A stretch of DNA of 64,000 bases from Eledone cirrhosa (taxonomy: Eukaryota), in contig OZ024759.1 of assembly GCA_964016885.1 (NCBI GenBank), positions 25,172,001 to 25,236,000 on the forward strand, given 5' to 3'. The translations under genes and the position numbers were made by a program. Numbering within the stretch: the first letter of the stretch is position 1; each line of letters opens with the position of its first letter. Positions 26,612 through 40,955 of the stretch are shown piece after piece. Below the pieces are notes generated by a model. It worked only from the letters and a program-made list of their open reading frames with translations, did not search any database and was not told the DNA's origin.

Positions 26612-27222
26612 CAAGAGAGATTTAAAGTCAGCCATGACAGTATCAACTTGTTAGTTAGTAAAAGAGAGAGATTTAAAGACAACCATGACGGTATCATCCT
26701 GTTATTAGTTAGTAAAAGGGAGAAATTTAAAGACAGCCATGACAGTATTAACTTGTTATTAGTTAGTAAAAGTCAGAGATTTAAAACCATCCAAGACAGT
26801 ATCATCTTGTTAGTTAAAGACAGAGATTTAAAGTGAACCAAGACAGTATCATCCTGTTGTTAGCTAGGAAAAGAGAAAGATTTAAAGCCAGCCATGACTG
26901 TATCATCCTGTTGTTAGTAAAAGAGAGAGAATTAAGGCCAGCCATGACTGTATCATCCTGTTGTTAGTAAAAGAGAGAGAATTAAGGCCAGCCATGACTG
27001 TATCATCCTGTTGTTAGTTAGTAAAAGAGAGAAATTTAAAGACAGCCCTGACTATATCATCCTGTTGTTAGTTACTAAAAGAGAGAAATTTGAAGACAGC
27101 CATGACCATATCAGCTTGTTGTTAGTTAGTGAAAGTCAGAGATTTAAAACCTGCCAAGACAGTATCATCTTGTTGTTAGTTAAAGATAGATATTTAAAGT
27201 CAGCCATGACAGTACCATCCTG
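26612..27222 (+). repeat. ~50-54-bp minisatellite (~12 units)
   Basis: Unit AGAGAGATTTAAAGACAGCCATGACAGTATCATCCTGTTGTTAGTTAGTAAA. Confidence 0.9.
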
Positions 27223-27539
27223 AACTATATTGAAAATGGAATTATTTCTGACTATATTAACAGTTTCTTCAAAGCTGAACATATAATAAAACAACAAACA
27301 TATAAACAAACAGATATATAAAAGATATATAACAGATAAACTTGTATAAAAAATATATATTACTAAAGCAAAATGATAGCAAAAGAAAAAAAAATGAGAG
27401 CAAAATATATAAAAAAATACAAAAAAAACATGGATTTTATATTAATGTAAATTTTTTCCTATAAATAAAAATATTAAAACCAAATGTAATATATATGTAT
27501 ATATACATATATATACATGTGTGTGTGTGTTTGTGTGTA

Positions 27540-27585
<46 letters not shown>

Positions 27586-27756
27586 TGTGTGTGTGTGGAA
27601 ACATACACACACACATACACACATACCCACATGCACAACCTCACACATATATAAATACAAATACACATATGATATTGGCTTAATATTGTAGATGTCCTGA
27701 TGTCTAGGTTTGAGAAAAAATGTTTTCCATCCAATCTATTTGTGTGTGTATATATA

Positions 27757-27816
<60 letters not shown>

Positions 27817-27854
27817 ATGAACGCACACAAACATGTATATACATATATATACAT

Positions 27855-28170
27855 GGTAATAATGTTTTCTGATTCAGGCGCAAGGCGAGCAATTTGCAGG
27901 GAAAGTTGATTCAAAGAACCCCAGTGCCTTCTGCTACTTTATTTTATTGACCCTGGAAGGACAAAAGGCAAAGCTGACCTCGCTGAGATTTGAACTCAGA
28001 ATGTAAAGGGCTGTAATTATATGCCTCAAAGCATTTTGTCCAACACTCTACTAATTACTGCCAATTCACTGTTTGTATATCATAGTACGAATGGTTTCTA
28101 ATTTAGGCACATGGCAAACAATTTTGAGGGAAGGGAAAATTGATTAAATCGTCCCCAGTACCTTACTGGT
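27855..28170 (-). mobile_element. Type A SINE (27855-28072) plus adjacent 3' fragment
   Basis: GATTTGAACTCAG (B box reverse complement), AAAGGCAAAGCTGACCTCG, tail GGCGCAAGGCGAGCAATT. Confidence 0.75.
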
Positions 28171-28224
28171 GGGCTGGTGTGGCAATTGTTGGTGGGATGA
28201 AGTTATTTTGTATAATATTCATTT

Positions 28225-28440
28225 GTTGTCATTATCACAGTTAACAATATCACAATTGTCATTATCACTATTGTTGTTATCACAATTACCATTGTCACAA
28301 TTGACATAATCACAATTGACATTATCACAATTATCATTATCACAATTGACATTATCACAATTGACATTATCACAATTGACATTATCACAATTAACACTAT
28401 CACAATTACATTATCAAAATTGACATTATCACAATAGTGA
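28225..28440. repeat. 15-bp tandem repeat (CATTATCACAATTGA)n
   Basis: Read directly. Confidence 0.85.
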
Positions 28441-28822
28441 TAATGATAATTATGATATTGATAATTATGATTATGATAATTGTGATAATGATAATTATGG
28501 ACATGATGATTATGATAATTGTGATAATGATAATTGTGGACATGATGATTATGATAATTGTGATAATGATAATTGAGATGATGATGGTAACTTGAATGAC
28601 AATTGATAATGATAACAAAAAATTCAATTTTCTAGAAATTTGTGAAGAACTCAGTCATATTAATGTCAACTGTATTCAAGAGAGCATTCCTTAATTTGGT
28701 ATTCTCACTGATTCCTCTCTACACTAAATCTCCTTTTCTTTTCTCTCTTCTGTCTCTCTTAACCTCTCTCGTTCTTTCTCTTGCTCTCTCTCTCTCTTCT
28801 CTCTGTCTGACTCCCTCTCTCG

Positions 28823-28859
<37 letters not shown>

Positions 28860-29102
28860 GGTGTGTGTATGTATATATATATGTATATATATTTTCATCC
28901 TTTTGAGGTCGATAAAAAAGTACCAGTCCAGAACTGGGATCAATTCTTCTTCTCTAGAAAAAATCGTCTGTGTTCAGACCTGTAGATGGTTGGGCTCCGC
29001 CAGGTTTAAAAGTGCCCTAGACATGCCATTAGATGGTGCCTCTACGACTCCACAAGGAGTTGTGGGATCTTTATCATTATCCTTCAATATATATATATAT
29101 AT

Positions 29103-29400
29103 GGAGGCACATGGCTTAGTGGTTAGAACATTGGTTGCGAGTTCAATTCTCAGACCGGGTGATGTTGTTTCCTTGAGCAAGACACTTTATTTCACATTGC
29201 TCCAGTTTACTCAGCTGTAAAAATGAGATGATAGGGACTGGAGTCCCTATCATTCCACTGTAAAATGGACGTGTAGGCGCCACGGAAAAGTAACGCCCAG
29301 CACTCACTGTAAATGAGGTTGGTGTTAGGTAGGGCATCCAGCTGTAGAAATCAAGCCAGAATCAGTTCCTTTCCCACCCTTGCAAACATTAGATAAACCA
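29103..29400 (+). mobile_element. Type B SINE (CORE-like plus RTE tail), internal deletions
   Basis: GGAGGCACATGGCTTAGTGGTTAG..GAGTTCAATTC..CCTTGAGCAAGACACTT..GTTGGTGTTAGG..AGCCAGAATCAGTTCC; starts right after (TA)n. Confidence 0.85.
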
Positions 29401-29598
29401 TAGCTCAACCTGACTGAACTGATAACAATACTCCCTATTACCACCCCACAACCACACCATCACACCCACATGATCGATCGATCAATCAACTGTTGACACG
29501 AACTGAGCCGAGCAGAGTAGAGCAGAGCCATGGACATTAAATTACATTACATTACATGTAGATAGAAATTCATTTTATTCACTCATCATCGAGAACGC

Positions 29599-29637
<39 letters not shown>

Positions 29638-29971
29638 AAACACTGCAAAGCAGCAAAGCTTAATACCAAAAATCTTTTTTTCTTTTTTTTAAAATAAACC
29701 CCTTCCTCCTCTAAAGAAAAATATGTAGTCTCTACGTCTATGCTGACCCTTATATGTTTATATAACAATTTTCTCTGTTGACACTGTACACAGATAAATC
29801 AATAGTGTTAAACTGTAGCTGCCATATTGCAGGAGAGGCATTTACGTTGGTCAATATTTCAAGACATAAAGAAGAAAAGATAAATTTAATTTCTGTTTGA
29901 CATTAGTGAGACAGAATATTAATTTTTAGCTTATATATATATATATATGTGTGTGTGTATATATATATATA

Positions 29972-30019
<48 letters not shown>

Positions 30020-30144
30020 TCATCATCATCATTTTACGTCCGCTTTTCCCTGCTGTATGTATGTATGTATATATATATATATGTATGTATATATATGTAT
30101 ATGTATATGTATATATATATATATGTGAATGTATATATATATGA

Positions 30145-30204
<60 letters not shown>

Positions 30205-30419
30205 GTATATATATATATATGTGTGTGTGTGTATATATATATATATGCACACACACTATATGTATAGTTCAAAATGAGACTAGACAAACATGTATGTATA
30301 TATATAAAATATATATGTTTATATATATATATATATATAGATGAATATATATATAAAATATATATATGTATATATAAACACATATCTATATATATATATA
30401 TATATATAAGGAAAATCCT

Positions 30420-30483
<64 letters not shown>

Positions 30484-31319
30484 ATATAAACACACATTCA
30501 CATACATATACATACGTTTTTGTAAATTTTGAAATATTTTTTTTATATTTTATAAATGGTTTTTATAAACATATTAGTGTTGAGAGAAACATTATGTCTC
30601 CTGTGATAAAACAATTTGTAAATATATCCTCCCCTCTACCTCCACCCTTCCTCTCCTCCACCTCTTCCCACGTTGTCTATGTTTCTGCAAACGTGTGTGT
30701 CTCGTTGACGACTACAGCTAATTATCTTTTTCATAATTAGATTCAAGATCACTTTGCGTTGTTTTGTTTTGTTTTGGTTTTTTTTGGTGGGGGGGGGGGT
30801 GCTTTTGTTTTTGTTTGTTTTTTTTATTTCAAAGAAAATGAGAAAGAAAAACACAAAAAACACACAAAAAAAAAAAATAAAATAAAATAAAATAAAATAA
30901 AATAAAATAAAATAAAATAAAATAAAATAAAATAAAATAAAATAAAATAAAATAAAATAAAAAACTACAAAAAACTAAGGGTGGAATAAATATTTTGGAA
31001 ACAAGTTTTGTCTAAATAACTAAATATAGTATTTAGAATATTTTGAAGGAAAATTACTAAAAGTTTAAAAATTCTCACCCTCAACATTGTCATTATCATC
31101 ATCATTGTCATCATTATCATCATCAATGTCATCATCATTATCACCATTGTCATCATTATTGTCATCATCAGCATCACCATTGTCATCATTATTGTCATCA
31201 TCATCATCATTATTATTAGCATCATCACCACCACCGCCACCACCATCATCACTATTGACTTTGTCTTTGTCATCATCACCACCATCACCAATAGTCGTAG
31301 TAATAGCAACAGCAGCAGC

Positions 31320-31352
<33 letters not shown>

Positions 31353-31407
31353 GGTGGTGGTGGTGGTGGTGTTGGTAGTAGTAGTAGTAGTAGTAGTAGT
31401 AGTAATG

Positions 31408-31441
<34 letters not shown>

Positions 31442-31917
31442 TAGTAATAGTAGTGGTAGTGGTACTAGTAGTAGTAGTAGACTATATTGAGCCTGTGGGC
31501 AAGACATAACTACTTGATAGTATCAGTAGTAGTAGTAGTAGTAGTAGTAAGCTATATTGAGCCTGTGGACAAGACCTAACTACTTGATTTTCCTTGATTA
31601 CTACAGAGAGTTTCCACTCCTGTTACATGGTTCACTGGTCAGTAGTAAGATGACCAGTCAACTGTAAAAAGACAATTTCTCCTACAAAAACTATCATGTG
31701 ACTAGGAAAAGAAAAGAAACACCCCCACCACCCCACCCCTGCCAATATAAAACAAAACAAGAAAATAACAAAAGCAACCAGCAAAATAATCCCACCCTTC
31801 CCACTCTATTGTCTGCGTGGATGGAGGGGGGGGGGGGGGGGGGGGCTACTATTTTTATATTCACTTATCTCTGTCTATGTTTTTCTTTTTGTTTCTCAAA
31901 GAAGTATTGGATAATCA

Positions 31918-32450
31918 ATCCAGGCTCTGCTGCACTTTCGGTCAAGGAGGGTAAACTCTCCAAATATCGGTCGCTTTCCGACAGGTCTAAAAATAAAAGT
32001 CTGTCTTAAGCCAGAAGGCTTATTTGGCTGGTGCTTATCCCGGTTTCATGGCATGAAGCGACTGAGAGTACAAGACTCCTCCCTGGACAGGACGCCAGTC
32101 CATCACAGGGTTAAATCTCCAGCTATTGCTAGTACTCATTTTCAGCTGAGTAAACTGGAGCAACGTGAAATAAAGTGTCTTGCTCAAGGAAACAACACAT
32201 CACCTGGTCCGAGAATTGAACTCACAACCTTTCGATTGCAAGCCTAATCGTCTAACCACTAAGCCATGTGTCCAGGTTTCCGACAGGTTTGCGGTCAAGC
32301 CAGTAGAAGTGGAGACTTCTGGTGTCCTTGGCCCTAAGACCACTTCCCTACTCACCACCTCCAGGGAAACGCCTTCTCTATTTTATCCGTCAGGGCCATG
32401 AGGTGGCCTGTCATCTGGGGTCATGTGGCAGTCAGCACATGGGCCCCCAT
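31918..32450 (+). mobile_element. CRE-like 3' fragment interrupted by a SINE
   Basis: PGSAALSVKEGKLSKYRSLSDR / FAVKPVEVETSGVLGPKT; homologous to 23420-23700. Confidence 0.75.
31987..32276 (-). mobile_element. Type C SINE with 12-bp target-site duplication
   Basis: TTTCCGACAGGT at 31975-31986 and 32277-32288; homologous to 8875-9160. Confidence 0.9.
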
Positions 32451-32461
32451 TTGCTCATAAT

Positions 32462-32678
32462 AATTATTTATACTATAGGCACAAGGCCAGCAATATGGGG
32501 AGGAAGGGAAAGTCGATTAAATCGACCCCAGTGCATTACTGGTACTTCATTTTATCGAACCCATAAGGATGAAAGGCAAAGCTAACCTCGGCAGGATTTG
32601 AACACAGAATTCAAAGGGTCGTATCTCTATGCTGTGAAGCAGGGTATCTGACGCTCTGCCGATTCTGCCAATTCATTG
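32462..32678 (-). mobile_element. Type A SINE
   Basis: GGCACAAGGCCAGCAAT..GGATGAAAGGCAAAG..GGATTTGAAC..CTGCCAATTC. Confidence 0.85.
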
Positions 32679-33144
32679 CTCATAATAGTGAGAAATAGGC
32701 AGAGAGGGAGAGATGGAGGCAGTGAGAGTTTGGTTCCATTGTATTTGGACCTGGTGTATTTGTATATGTTTCATGGACACATACTCACACTCTACATAAC
32801 CACTTCCATTCCTTGAACCTATTGACACTTCTCCCACTCCCTAAGCCTGTCGTCATGGCTTACTGGCTCTAAACAGACATTGGTAGAAACTCTACTATTA
32901 AGTACAATATCAGAGTAAAATGTGTTTATTAAGAAATGGTGTAATCAGCTGAAATCGGATTACTTGTCAGCTTCTTTCTCTTCTTTTTCATCATCATAAT
33001 CATCAACAATATCATCATCATCATCATTATAATCATCCTCATCGTAATCATAGTCATCATCATCATCACCATCGTCATCATCATCACCATCATCATCATA
33101 GTCATCATCACAATCAACATTATTTTGACATTGTTTTCATTTTG

Positions 33145-33565
33145 TTTGGCAGGTTTTCTACAACTGGATACCATTTCTATAATCAACCACTGTACAGAAT
33201 GTACTAGGTGCATTTATCAATAAATCACCAATTCTAAACACTAGAGAGGTTGTTATATCTATGCCACAACTAAAGAGTCCTCCCAACCCTTTATTTGGAA
33301 GGTTTGATGCTCTTCATATAACCAACCACTTTACAGAGTGTATTGGGTGCGTTTATCATATAAATCACTAACTCTAAACACTAGAGAAGTTATTATACCT
33401 ATGCCACAACTAAAGAGTCCCCGCAGCCCTTTATTTGGCTGGTTTGATGCCCTTCATACCACCAACCACATTACAGAGTGTACTGGGTGCGTTTATCATA
33501 TAAATTACCAACAGTATGGAAGTTCACATATCTATGCCACAACTAGAGAGTCCTCCTGACCCTTT
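33145..33565 (-). repeat. Three tandem ~125-140-bp copies of an RTE 3'-UTR-derived segment
   Basis: Repeated CAACCAC..ACAGAGTGTACTGGGTGCGTTTATCA..TATGCCACAACTAAAGAGTCC. Confidence 0.75.
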
Positions 33566-33954
33566 TATAAAAAACACTAACTAATAATGAAGAACTTTAG
33601 TTGGCCAAGACATTTTCTGCCAGACTGTACAGTATTGTATAACATTGTCCAGATTCTCATATATCAGTGAAGAAATTATAAAGTGCTGTGAATTCTATTG
33701 ATTTTCTAATTGCCTGTTCGCTATCATGGTATTCAGTTACTGGGGATCAAACATTGACAAGGGATATGCACATCTCCAATATAATTTTCTAAAGCTTTAA
33801 ATTTACTATAATTTAGTTTCTTGCTGCCAGTTAAAAGACATTGTTAACTGTTTTGTATGTATATTGTATGTACGTATGTATGATTGTACTTATGTTTGTA
33901 TGTGTGTATGTGTATATATATATATATATGTATATATATATGTGTATATATATA

Positions 33955-33999
<45 letters not shown>

Positions 34000-34041
34000 G
34001 CATACACAGATATATGTGTATGTATATATACATATGAATAT

Positions 34042-34073
<32 letters not shown>

Positions 34074-34887
34074 GTATTTTACATTGCCCAAAAAAAGAGA
34101 AAAAAAAGCTATTACTTTTAGAAGAACATATCACGTTCAAAGATACAGATAATTTTGAGCTTCTATTCGTAACATAGTGAAGAAAGACTTGTTTTACCAT
34201 TATTATTATCATTGTTATTATTATGGTTGTTATTATTATTATTATTATTATTTTTTTTTTTTTTGCAAAAGATTCCATTAAAATAGAAGATATTCTAGTT
34301 AGAAACTGGTCTCATCATATAATATAATCCCCCCACCCCAAAACCACCCCACCCCACGCCACCCTACCCGTTACGGGGGAGGCAGGTGTGTGTGTGAGGG
34401 TGGGGGTTTGGTTCTATAGCATTACATATTGGATTTATATCTAAATACTTGTTTTGAGATGTTAACAGATGTAGAGAAATATATATATACTACGATTTCA
34501 CAGAACTTATGTTTACCGAATTCGCAGACCAGACCCCTTCTTCCTCCCGTTAGACCTGTGCGAAATTCCTTCCTTGCTCACATTTCAACCAGGTTTGATG
34601 GTCTTTATTCTCTCATTCACGATTTCACCGAACTTAAATTCATAGAAATCTGGGACTTGTCTCCTTCTTCCTCACTTTCTGTTGCCTCACCATTTTGTTT
34701 GTTTACCCTCGCGTCCCCTTTATTTACGTGTCCCAACGACTTTTTTTAGCCGTTGCTCGCACCAACCGGAGGTATATGGTCTTTAAAGCGATGAAATGCC
34801 TATGATAGTTGGAAGATCACTGATGAAGGACAAACTTTTTTCATATGTAACCCATTTGCAACTCCGCAGCGCCCTTATTATCATATT

Positions 34888-34983
<96 letters not shown>

Positions 34984-34992
34984 CATATATAT

Positions 34993-35037
<45 letters not shown>

Positions 35038-35054
35038 CATACATATATATATAC

Positions 35055-35085
<31 letters not shown>

Positions 35086-35415
35086 CATATATATATACAT
35101 ACAGCATATATATATATATATACATACATATATATATACATACAGCATATATATATATATATATACATACATATATACATACGCAGCTCCCTAATTCATA
35201 GTCTACAAATGGCTGCGATAGCTGGCATCTTCAAAATTTGCAAAACATTCTTGCGATTCAAGGGATGAAAATTTGTTTTCTTTTACAACCTTGCCCCCAG
35301 GAAGGTGGCCGGTAAAAAAAATATACTCGAAATTAAGAGAAAGAGATAACACATATATATATACATACATACATATATACATAAATATATACATATTTAA
35401 ATATATATATATAAA

Positions 35416-35454
<39 letters not shown>

Positions 35455-36005
35455 TTACATACACACACACACATTTATATAATATATATATATATACATA
35501 CACACATGTACTTATATGAGAGGTAAGTGGTGTCTTGAAATAGAATGGTCTTTTCTCCAGTTCTTAGATATTGGTGTCAATTGTATTGTCTTTTAGTCTT
35601 TGAAACTGAAGAACCACCATGTTTCTGTAAAGCTGTGTTGTTGTGTAGTTGTATAGCTGTGTATCTGTATAGTTGTGTAGCCAAGTAGCTGTGTAGCTGT
35701 ATAACTAGGTAGCTCTATAGCTGTGTATCTGTGTAGCTGTGTAACTGTGTAGATGTGTAATTGTGTGTCTGTGTATCTGTGTAGTTGTATAGTTGTGTAG
35801 CTGTGTATCGATGTAGCTGTATAGCTTTGTAGCTGTGTATTATTGTAAATGTGTGATTCTGTAGCTGTGTTTCTGTGTAGTTGTAGTTGTGTGTAGCTGT
35901 GTATTGTATAATTTCTATATAACACCTGGGGATTTGACATTTCAGAAAAATATTAATATTTGGTATCTGTGTGTATCTCTGGGTGTGTGTGTGTATATAT
36001 ATATA

Positions 36006-36778
36006 GCAATGTTGCATGGCAGTGAGACCTGGGCATTGTGTGCAGAGGATATACGCAGACTAGAGAGGAACGAAGCTTGCATGCTCCGCTGGATGTGTAA
36101 CAGTAATATACGTGAACGGCAAAGCATAAACGAACTAAGGAAAAAATTAGAGATAAGAGGGATCAGATGTTGTTTACTCGAGAGAAGGCTACGTTGGTAT
36201 GGACACGTGATGCGCATGAAAGTCGATAGCTGTATAACAAAGTGCAGGGCAATAAAGATAGACGGTAGCCACGGAATAGGCAGACCTAGAAAAACCTGGG
36301 ACGAGCTGATAAACTCCGACCTCACACACTTACACCTCTCCAAGACAATGTCACTGGACCGAGACCTTTGGCGGTACTCAGTAACAGAGAAGACCCGCCT
36401 TGCCAGTAGGCATCTCTAACAAAATACACCCCGTCCCGCCACCACCCCCACCCCATCCACACCACCCCGTTCTATGTAAAGTTATGTTGGTGCCGCGCCA
36501 TCCAGGCCAAAACAAATGAGATCGTGTAGGTGTCACGACAAAAAAACACACAGTCCACGCTGTAATGTGGCCGTGTAGGCAACACGGTAAAAACCTCCCA
36601 GACCCACACTGTAAATGTGGTTGGTGTTAGGAAGGGCATCCACCTGTAGAAAACCTGCCAGACAGTCCTATGCGAGCAAGACAACCACTCTTGCCTCAAG
36701 TGGGACTACCCCCGTCCAAACCCATGCAAGCATGGAACACGGACGTTAAACGTTGATGATGATGATGATGATGATGAT
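36006..36778 (+). mobile_element. RTE subfamily A, 5'-truncated (~770 nt)
   Basis: [27 protein letters not shown], then 3' UTR and (GAT)n; (TA)n at both ends. Confidence 0.95.
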
Positions 36779-36790
36779 ATATATATATAT

Positions 36791-36912
36791 AACGAAGGAG
36801 GTGTGGTAAGGAAGTACCAGAGTACTCAATACTTAGGGTAGTAGAGTGGGTAATAGGAAAATGTTTGACCCCATGGCAGAGCTCAAGCCGTTTCGACGGG
36901 GTCAAACATTTT

Positions 36913-36916
<4 letters not shown>
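36791..36916 (-). mobile_element. Hairpin-ended family H1
   Basis: Perfect 19-bp inverted repeat TAGGAAAATGTTTGACCCC (36854-36872 / 36898-36916); body shared with 46595-46708 and 52547-52752. Confidence 0.7.
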
Positions 36917-36985
<69 letters not shown>

Positions 36986-36988
<3 letters not shown>

Positions 36989-37130
36989 AATAAAGTGGTG
37001 TTACATCAAGAATTTATTGATCAGTCTTCGTTACAATTGTTTCACAAACAGTCAGCTCCTGATCCAGGTTAATATTCCAGACCAGATCCTTAGACCAGTG
37101 CTATCACAACAAAATCTACATTGGATGGAT
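36986..37130 (-). mobile_element. Putative Penelope-like 3' end fragment
   Basis: Minus strand GAAACAATTGTA followed by AATAAA, the same layout as 49572-49598; flanked by (TA)n. Confidence 0.45.
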
Positions 37131-37689
37131 ATACATATATATATATATGTGTATGTATGTATGTATGTATAGAGAGAGAGAGAGAGACACGAATTTCTGA
37201 GTTTGTACAGTTGTTCATATATCCAGTAATCCTGGTATATATGACATACCAATCCTGGACCCCAAAAATGAAATACATCCAATGTCATTACTGTCTTTAT
37301 TTACATCACTGGTCAACTAGAAAACATTCTTATCTTTTATCACTTCCACCTGTCAATAATGAACATAAACTATAGGATTCCTCTTATGAAAACCATAAAT
37401 TTATCAAAACACGAATTCCCCATGACATACCAATCCCAAATCCCCGAATGAAATACATTCATTAGTACTGAGATAATTATTGATTGCACTGGTCCACTAG
37501 TCATCATCATTATCATCACTAATTAGTGTCTATTTTTACACGCTCGTATGAGTCAGATGAGTTGTCACATTACAAGACAATTCAGATCAGGTGACCACAT
37601 CTTGCTCATACAGATCTATATTGTGGCTTGATTTCTACAGCTGGGTGCCCTTCCTAACGCTAACCACATTCCAGTGTGGGCTGGGTTAT

Positions 37690-37918
37690 TTAACTCTTTA
37701 GCATTTAAACAGGCTGTATCTGACCAGAATGCTCTCACCTCTTTCTGTTCAAACCAGCAATAACTTGCTGCTCATACAGACTTTATGGTATTGTTCTCAA
37801 AATAAATAAAATCAAAATCTTGTAGATTTGATATGATGTGTGATAATTATGTAAGATAAAGCCTTTACCACAAAAATACAATAGTATATATAGAGTAATG
37901 TAAATGCTAAAGGATTAA
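37690..37918. mobile_element. TTAA-flanked MITE (piggyBac-like)
   Basis: Ends TTAACTCTTTAGCATTTA and TAAATGCTAAAGGATTAA are imperfect inverted repeats bounded by TTAA. Confidence 0.7.
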
Positions 37919-38297
37919 ATAAAACAAACATATATTGCAGTTAAAAATGCTTGTTTCGGTTTTATTATACCTCGTCAGCTAAGAACAACAGTAATGCATG
38001 TACTTACCAGATCTTATAGAATGATAGAATAGAATAATTGACAGACCATGAACTGTCATCCACTGCTAGATGAATGTTTTACACAACTAGTAAGTATTCA
38101 ATATACCAATACTGAATCTAGTTGTGGTGTTACTACTGACATAAAATCTGTAGAAAATATATATTAAATAGTAATTTACTAGACAGCGAATTAAAATGAT
38201 ATAATTGAAATATTATTGGTTTGTTTTCTATTATGTTTATTAGTATCATACTATCAGTACCAGCACCAAAATCACTCAGTACAAATAATATAGCTGA

Positions 38298-38900
38298 AAT
38301 ATTATTTTATTTTTATTTTTATTTTTATTTTTATCTTATTTAATTTTTATTTTATTTAATTTCAATTATTTTCATATTTTATTTTAATTTAATTTTTATA
38401 TTATTTTATTTAATTTTAATTATTTTTATATTTTATTTAATTTTGAATTAATTTTAATTTAATTTAATTTTTATTTATTTTTATTTTATTTAATTTTTAT
38501 TTATTTTTATTTTATTTTATTTTTATCTTATTTTATTTAATTTTAATTATTTTTATATTTTATTTTATTTTAATTATTTTTATATTTTATTTAATTTCAA
38601 TTTAATTTGATTTTAATTTAATTTTTATTTAATTTTGATTATTTTTATATTTTAATTTATTTCAATTTCATTTTTTATTTTATTTTATTTTATTTTATTT
38701 TATTTTATTTTATTTTATTTTATCTTATTTTATTTTATTTTAATTATTTTTATATTTTATTTTATTTTAATTCTATTTTTAATTAATTTTATTTTTATCT
38801 CATTTCATTTTATTTCATTTTAATTATTTTTATATTTTATTTTATTCTTAATTAATTTTATTTTTATCTTATTTTATTTTAATTATATATTTTACTTCAA
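38298..38900. repeat. (TTTTA)n-derived, nearly pure AT tract
   Basis: Read directly. Confidence 0.9.
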
Positions 38901-38987
38901 TATTTATTTGATATTATCATTACCACCAACAACATCACTTAAATGAAACAATATGCTTTAAATATTTTAATTATTTTAAAAATTATT

Positions 38988-39018
<31 letters not shown>

Positions 39019-39377
39019 TGCTTTTAAATATTGTTTTATATTATTTTATATTATCTTGTATTTATATTTTAATACAAGTTTGATACTATCACTACTACAA
39101 CCAACACCATTTAATTAAAACAATACATTTTAAATATTATTATTATTAGTAGTACCAGTAATGCACTGGGTAATTGCTGGCCTTGTGCCTAAAGTAGAAA
39201 CAATTATTATTATTATTATTATTTGAATTATTTTATTTATTTATTTTGTTTTCAATTATCATTTTATACTCTATTTTATATTGTTTTATATTTCATATTT
39301 TGTTAGAAGTAGATACTGGCACCACCACCACCACCACCAATACACCACTTAATTAAAACAATATATTTTAAACATCA

Positions 39378-39600
39378 TTCGGCAAAATCGGTAGACCGTC
39401 GGACAATATGCTTAGCGGCATAGAGTTACGTCCCTTTACGTTCTGAGTTCAAATTCTGCTGAGGTCAGCTTTGTCTTTCATCCTTACGGAGTCGATAAAA
39501 CAGAGTACCAGTAATGCACTGAGGTCGATTTAATCGACTTTCCTCTCACCCAAATTTGCTGGCCTTGTGCCTAAATCAGAAACCATTATTATTATTATTT
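39378..39600 (+). mobile_element. Type A SINE
   Basis: GGCAAAATCGGTAG..GAGTTCAAATTC..CTTTCATCCTTACGGAGTCGATAAAA..GGCCTTGTGCC, then (ATT)n. Confidence 0.85.
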
Positions 39601-40712
39601 TCATCATTTTAATTATTTTATTTATTATTTCATTTATTCATTTTTGTTTTTAGTTATTATTTTATATTATTTTATATATCTATTTCATCACACATTTGAT
39701 ACTATACCCACTAACACCAACACCACTTAATTAAAATAATATATTTTAAACATTTTTATTATTTTTTTAAGCATTTTATATTATTATTTTATTTTTTGTT
39801 TTATATTATTTGTTTTATATCAGTTTATATTATTTTATGTCTATTTTATTACAAGTTTGATAACACCAATAACAACACCAACATCACTTAAATATGTGTA
39901 TACCACTACCACTACCAATACCAACACCAACATTACCACCACCAACACCACTTAAATATGTGTATAACACCACCACTACCAACACCAACATTATCAACAC
40001 CACCATCAACACCACTACCAACACCAACATCACTTAAATATGTGTATAACACCACCACTACCAATACCAACACCAACATTATCAACACCACCACCAACAC
40101 CAACACCAACATCACTTAAATATGTGTATAACACCACCACTACCACTACCAACACCAACATTATCAACACCAACACCAACATCACTTAAATGTGTATAAC
40201 ACCACCACTACCAATACCAACATTATCACCACCAACACCAACACCAACATCACCACCAACACCAATACTAACACCACTGCCAACACCAACATCACTACCA
40301 ATACCAACATCACTACCAATACTACGACCAACACCACCACCTCTATCGACACCACTACCAACACTACCAACACTACCACCACCACCACTACCACCACCAA
40401 CATCACTACCACCACCAACACCACATAATACACATGCTTACTACAGCACTATTCAATACCAGTTAAAACAATTCTTATATATTCAAATCAAAAACAATCA
40501 AACAGCACAAACAATAAAACATATTTCATTAATTTTAATAGAAATTCGGAGAATAATTTTACTAAATTTTATTTTATTTTAAAAATTTTGTTATTATTAT
40601 TATTATTTATATATTTATTTACATATTTATTTATTTTGTCTGGTAAATCAAAACAGAGATACTTGAAATTATTTTCATAAAATATGTTTTACAGTAATTG
40701 AAATTTACTATA

Positions 40713-40833
<121 letters not shown>

Positions 40834-40834
40834 G

Positions 40835-40955
<121 letters not shown>

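Noticed and set aside
34820-34860. CTGATGAAGG hammerhead core
   Set aside because: No downstream stem II and GAAA.
38008-38147. Minus-strand exon with good splice signals
   Set aside because: Stops in all three frames; an overlapping 45-nt plus-strand candidate (38045-38089) has a weak acceptor.
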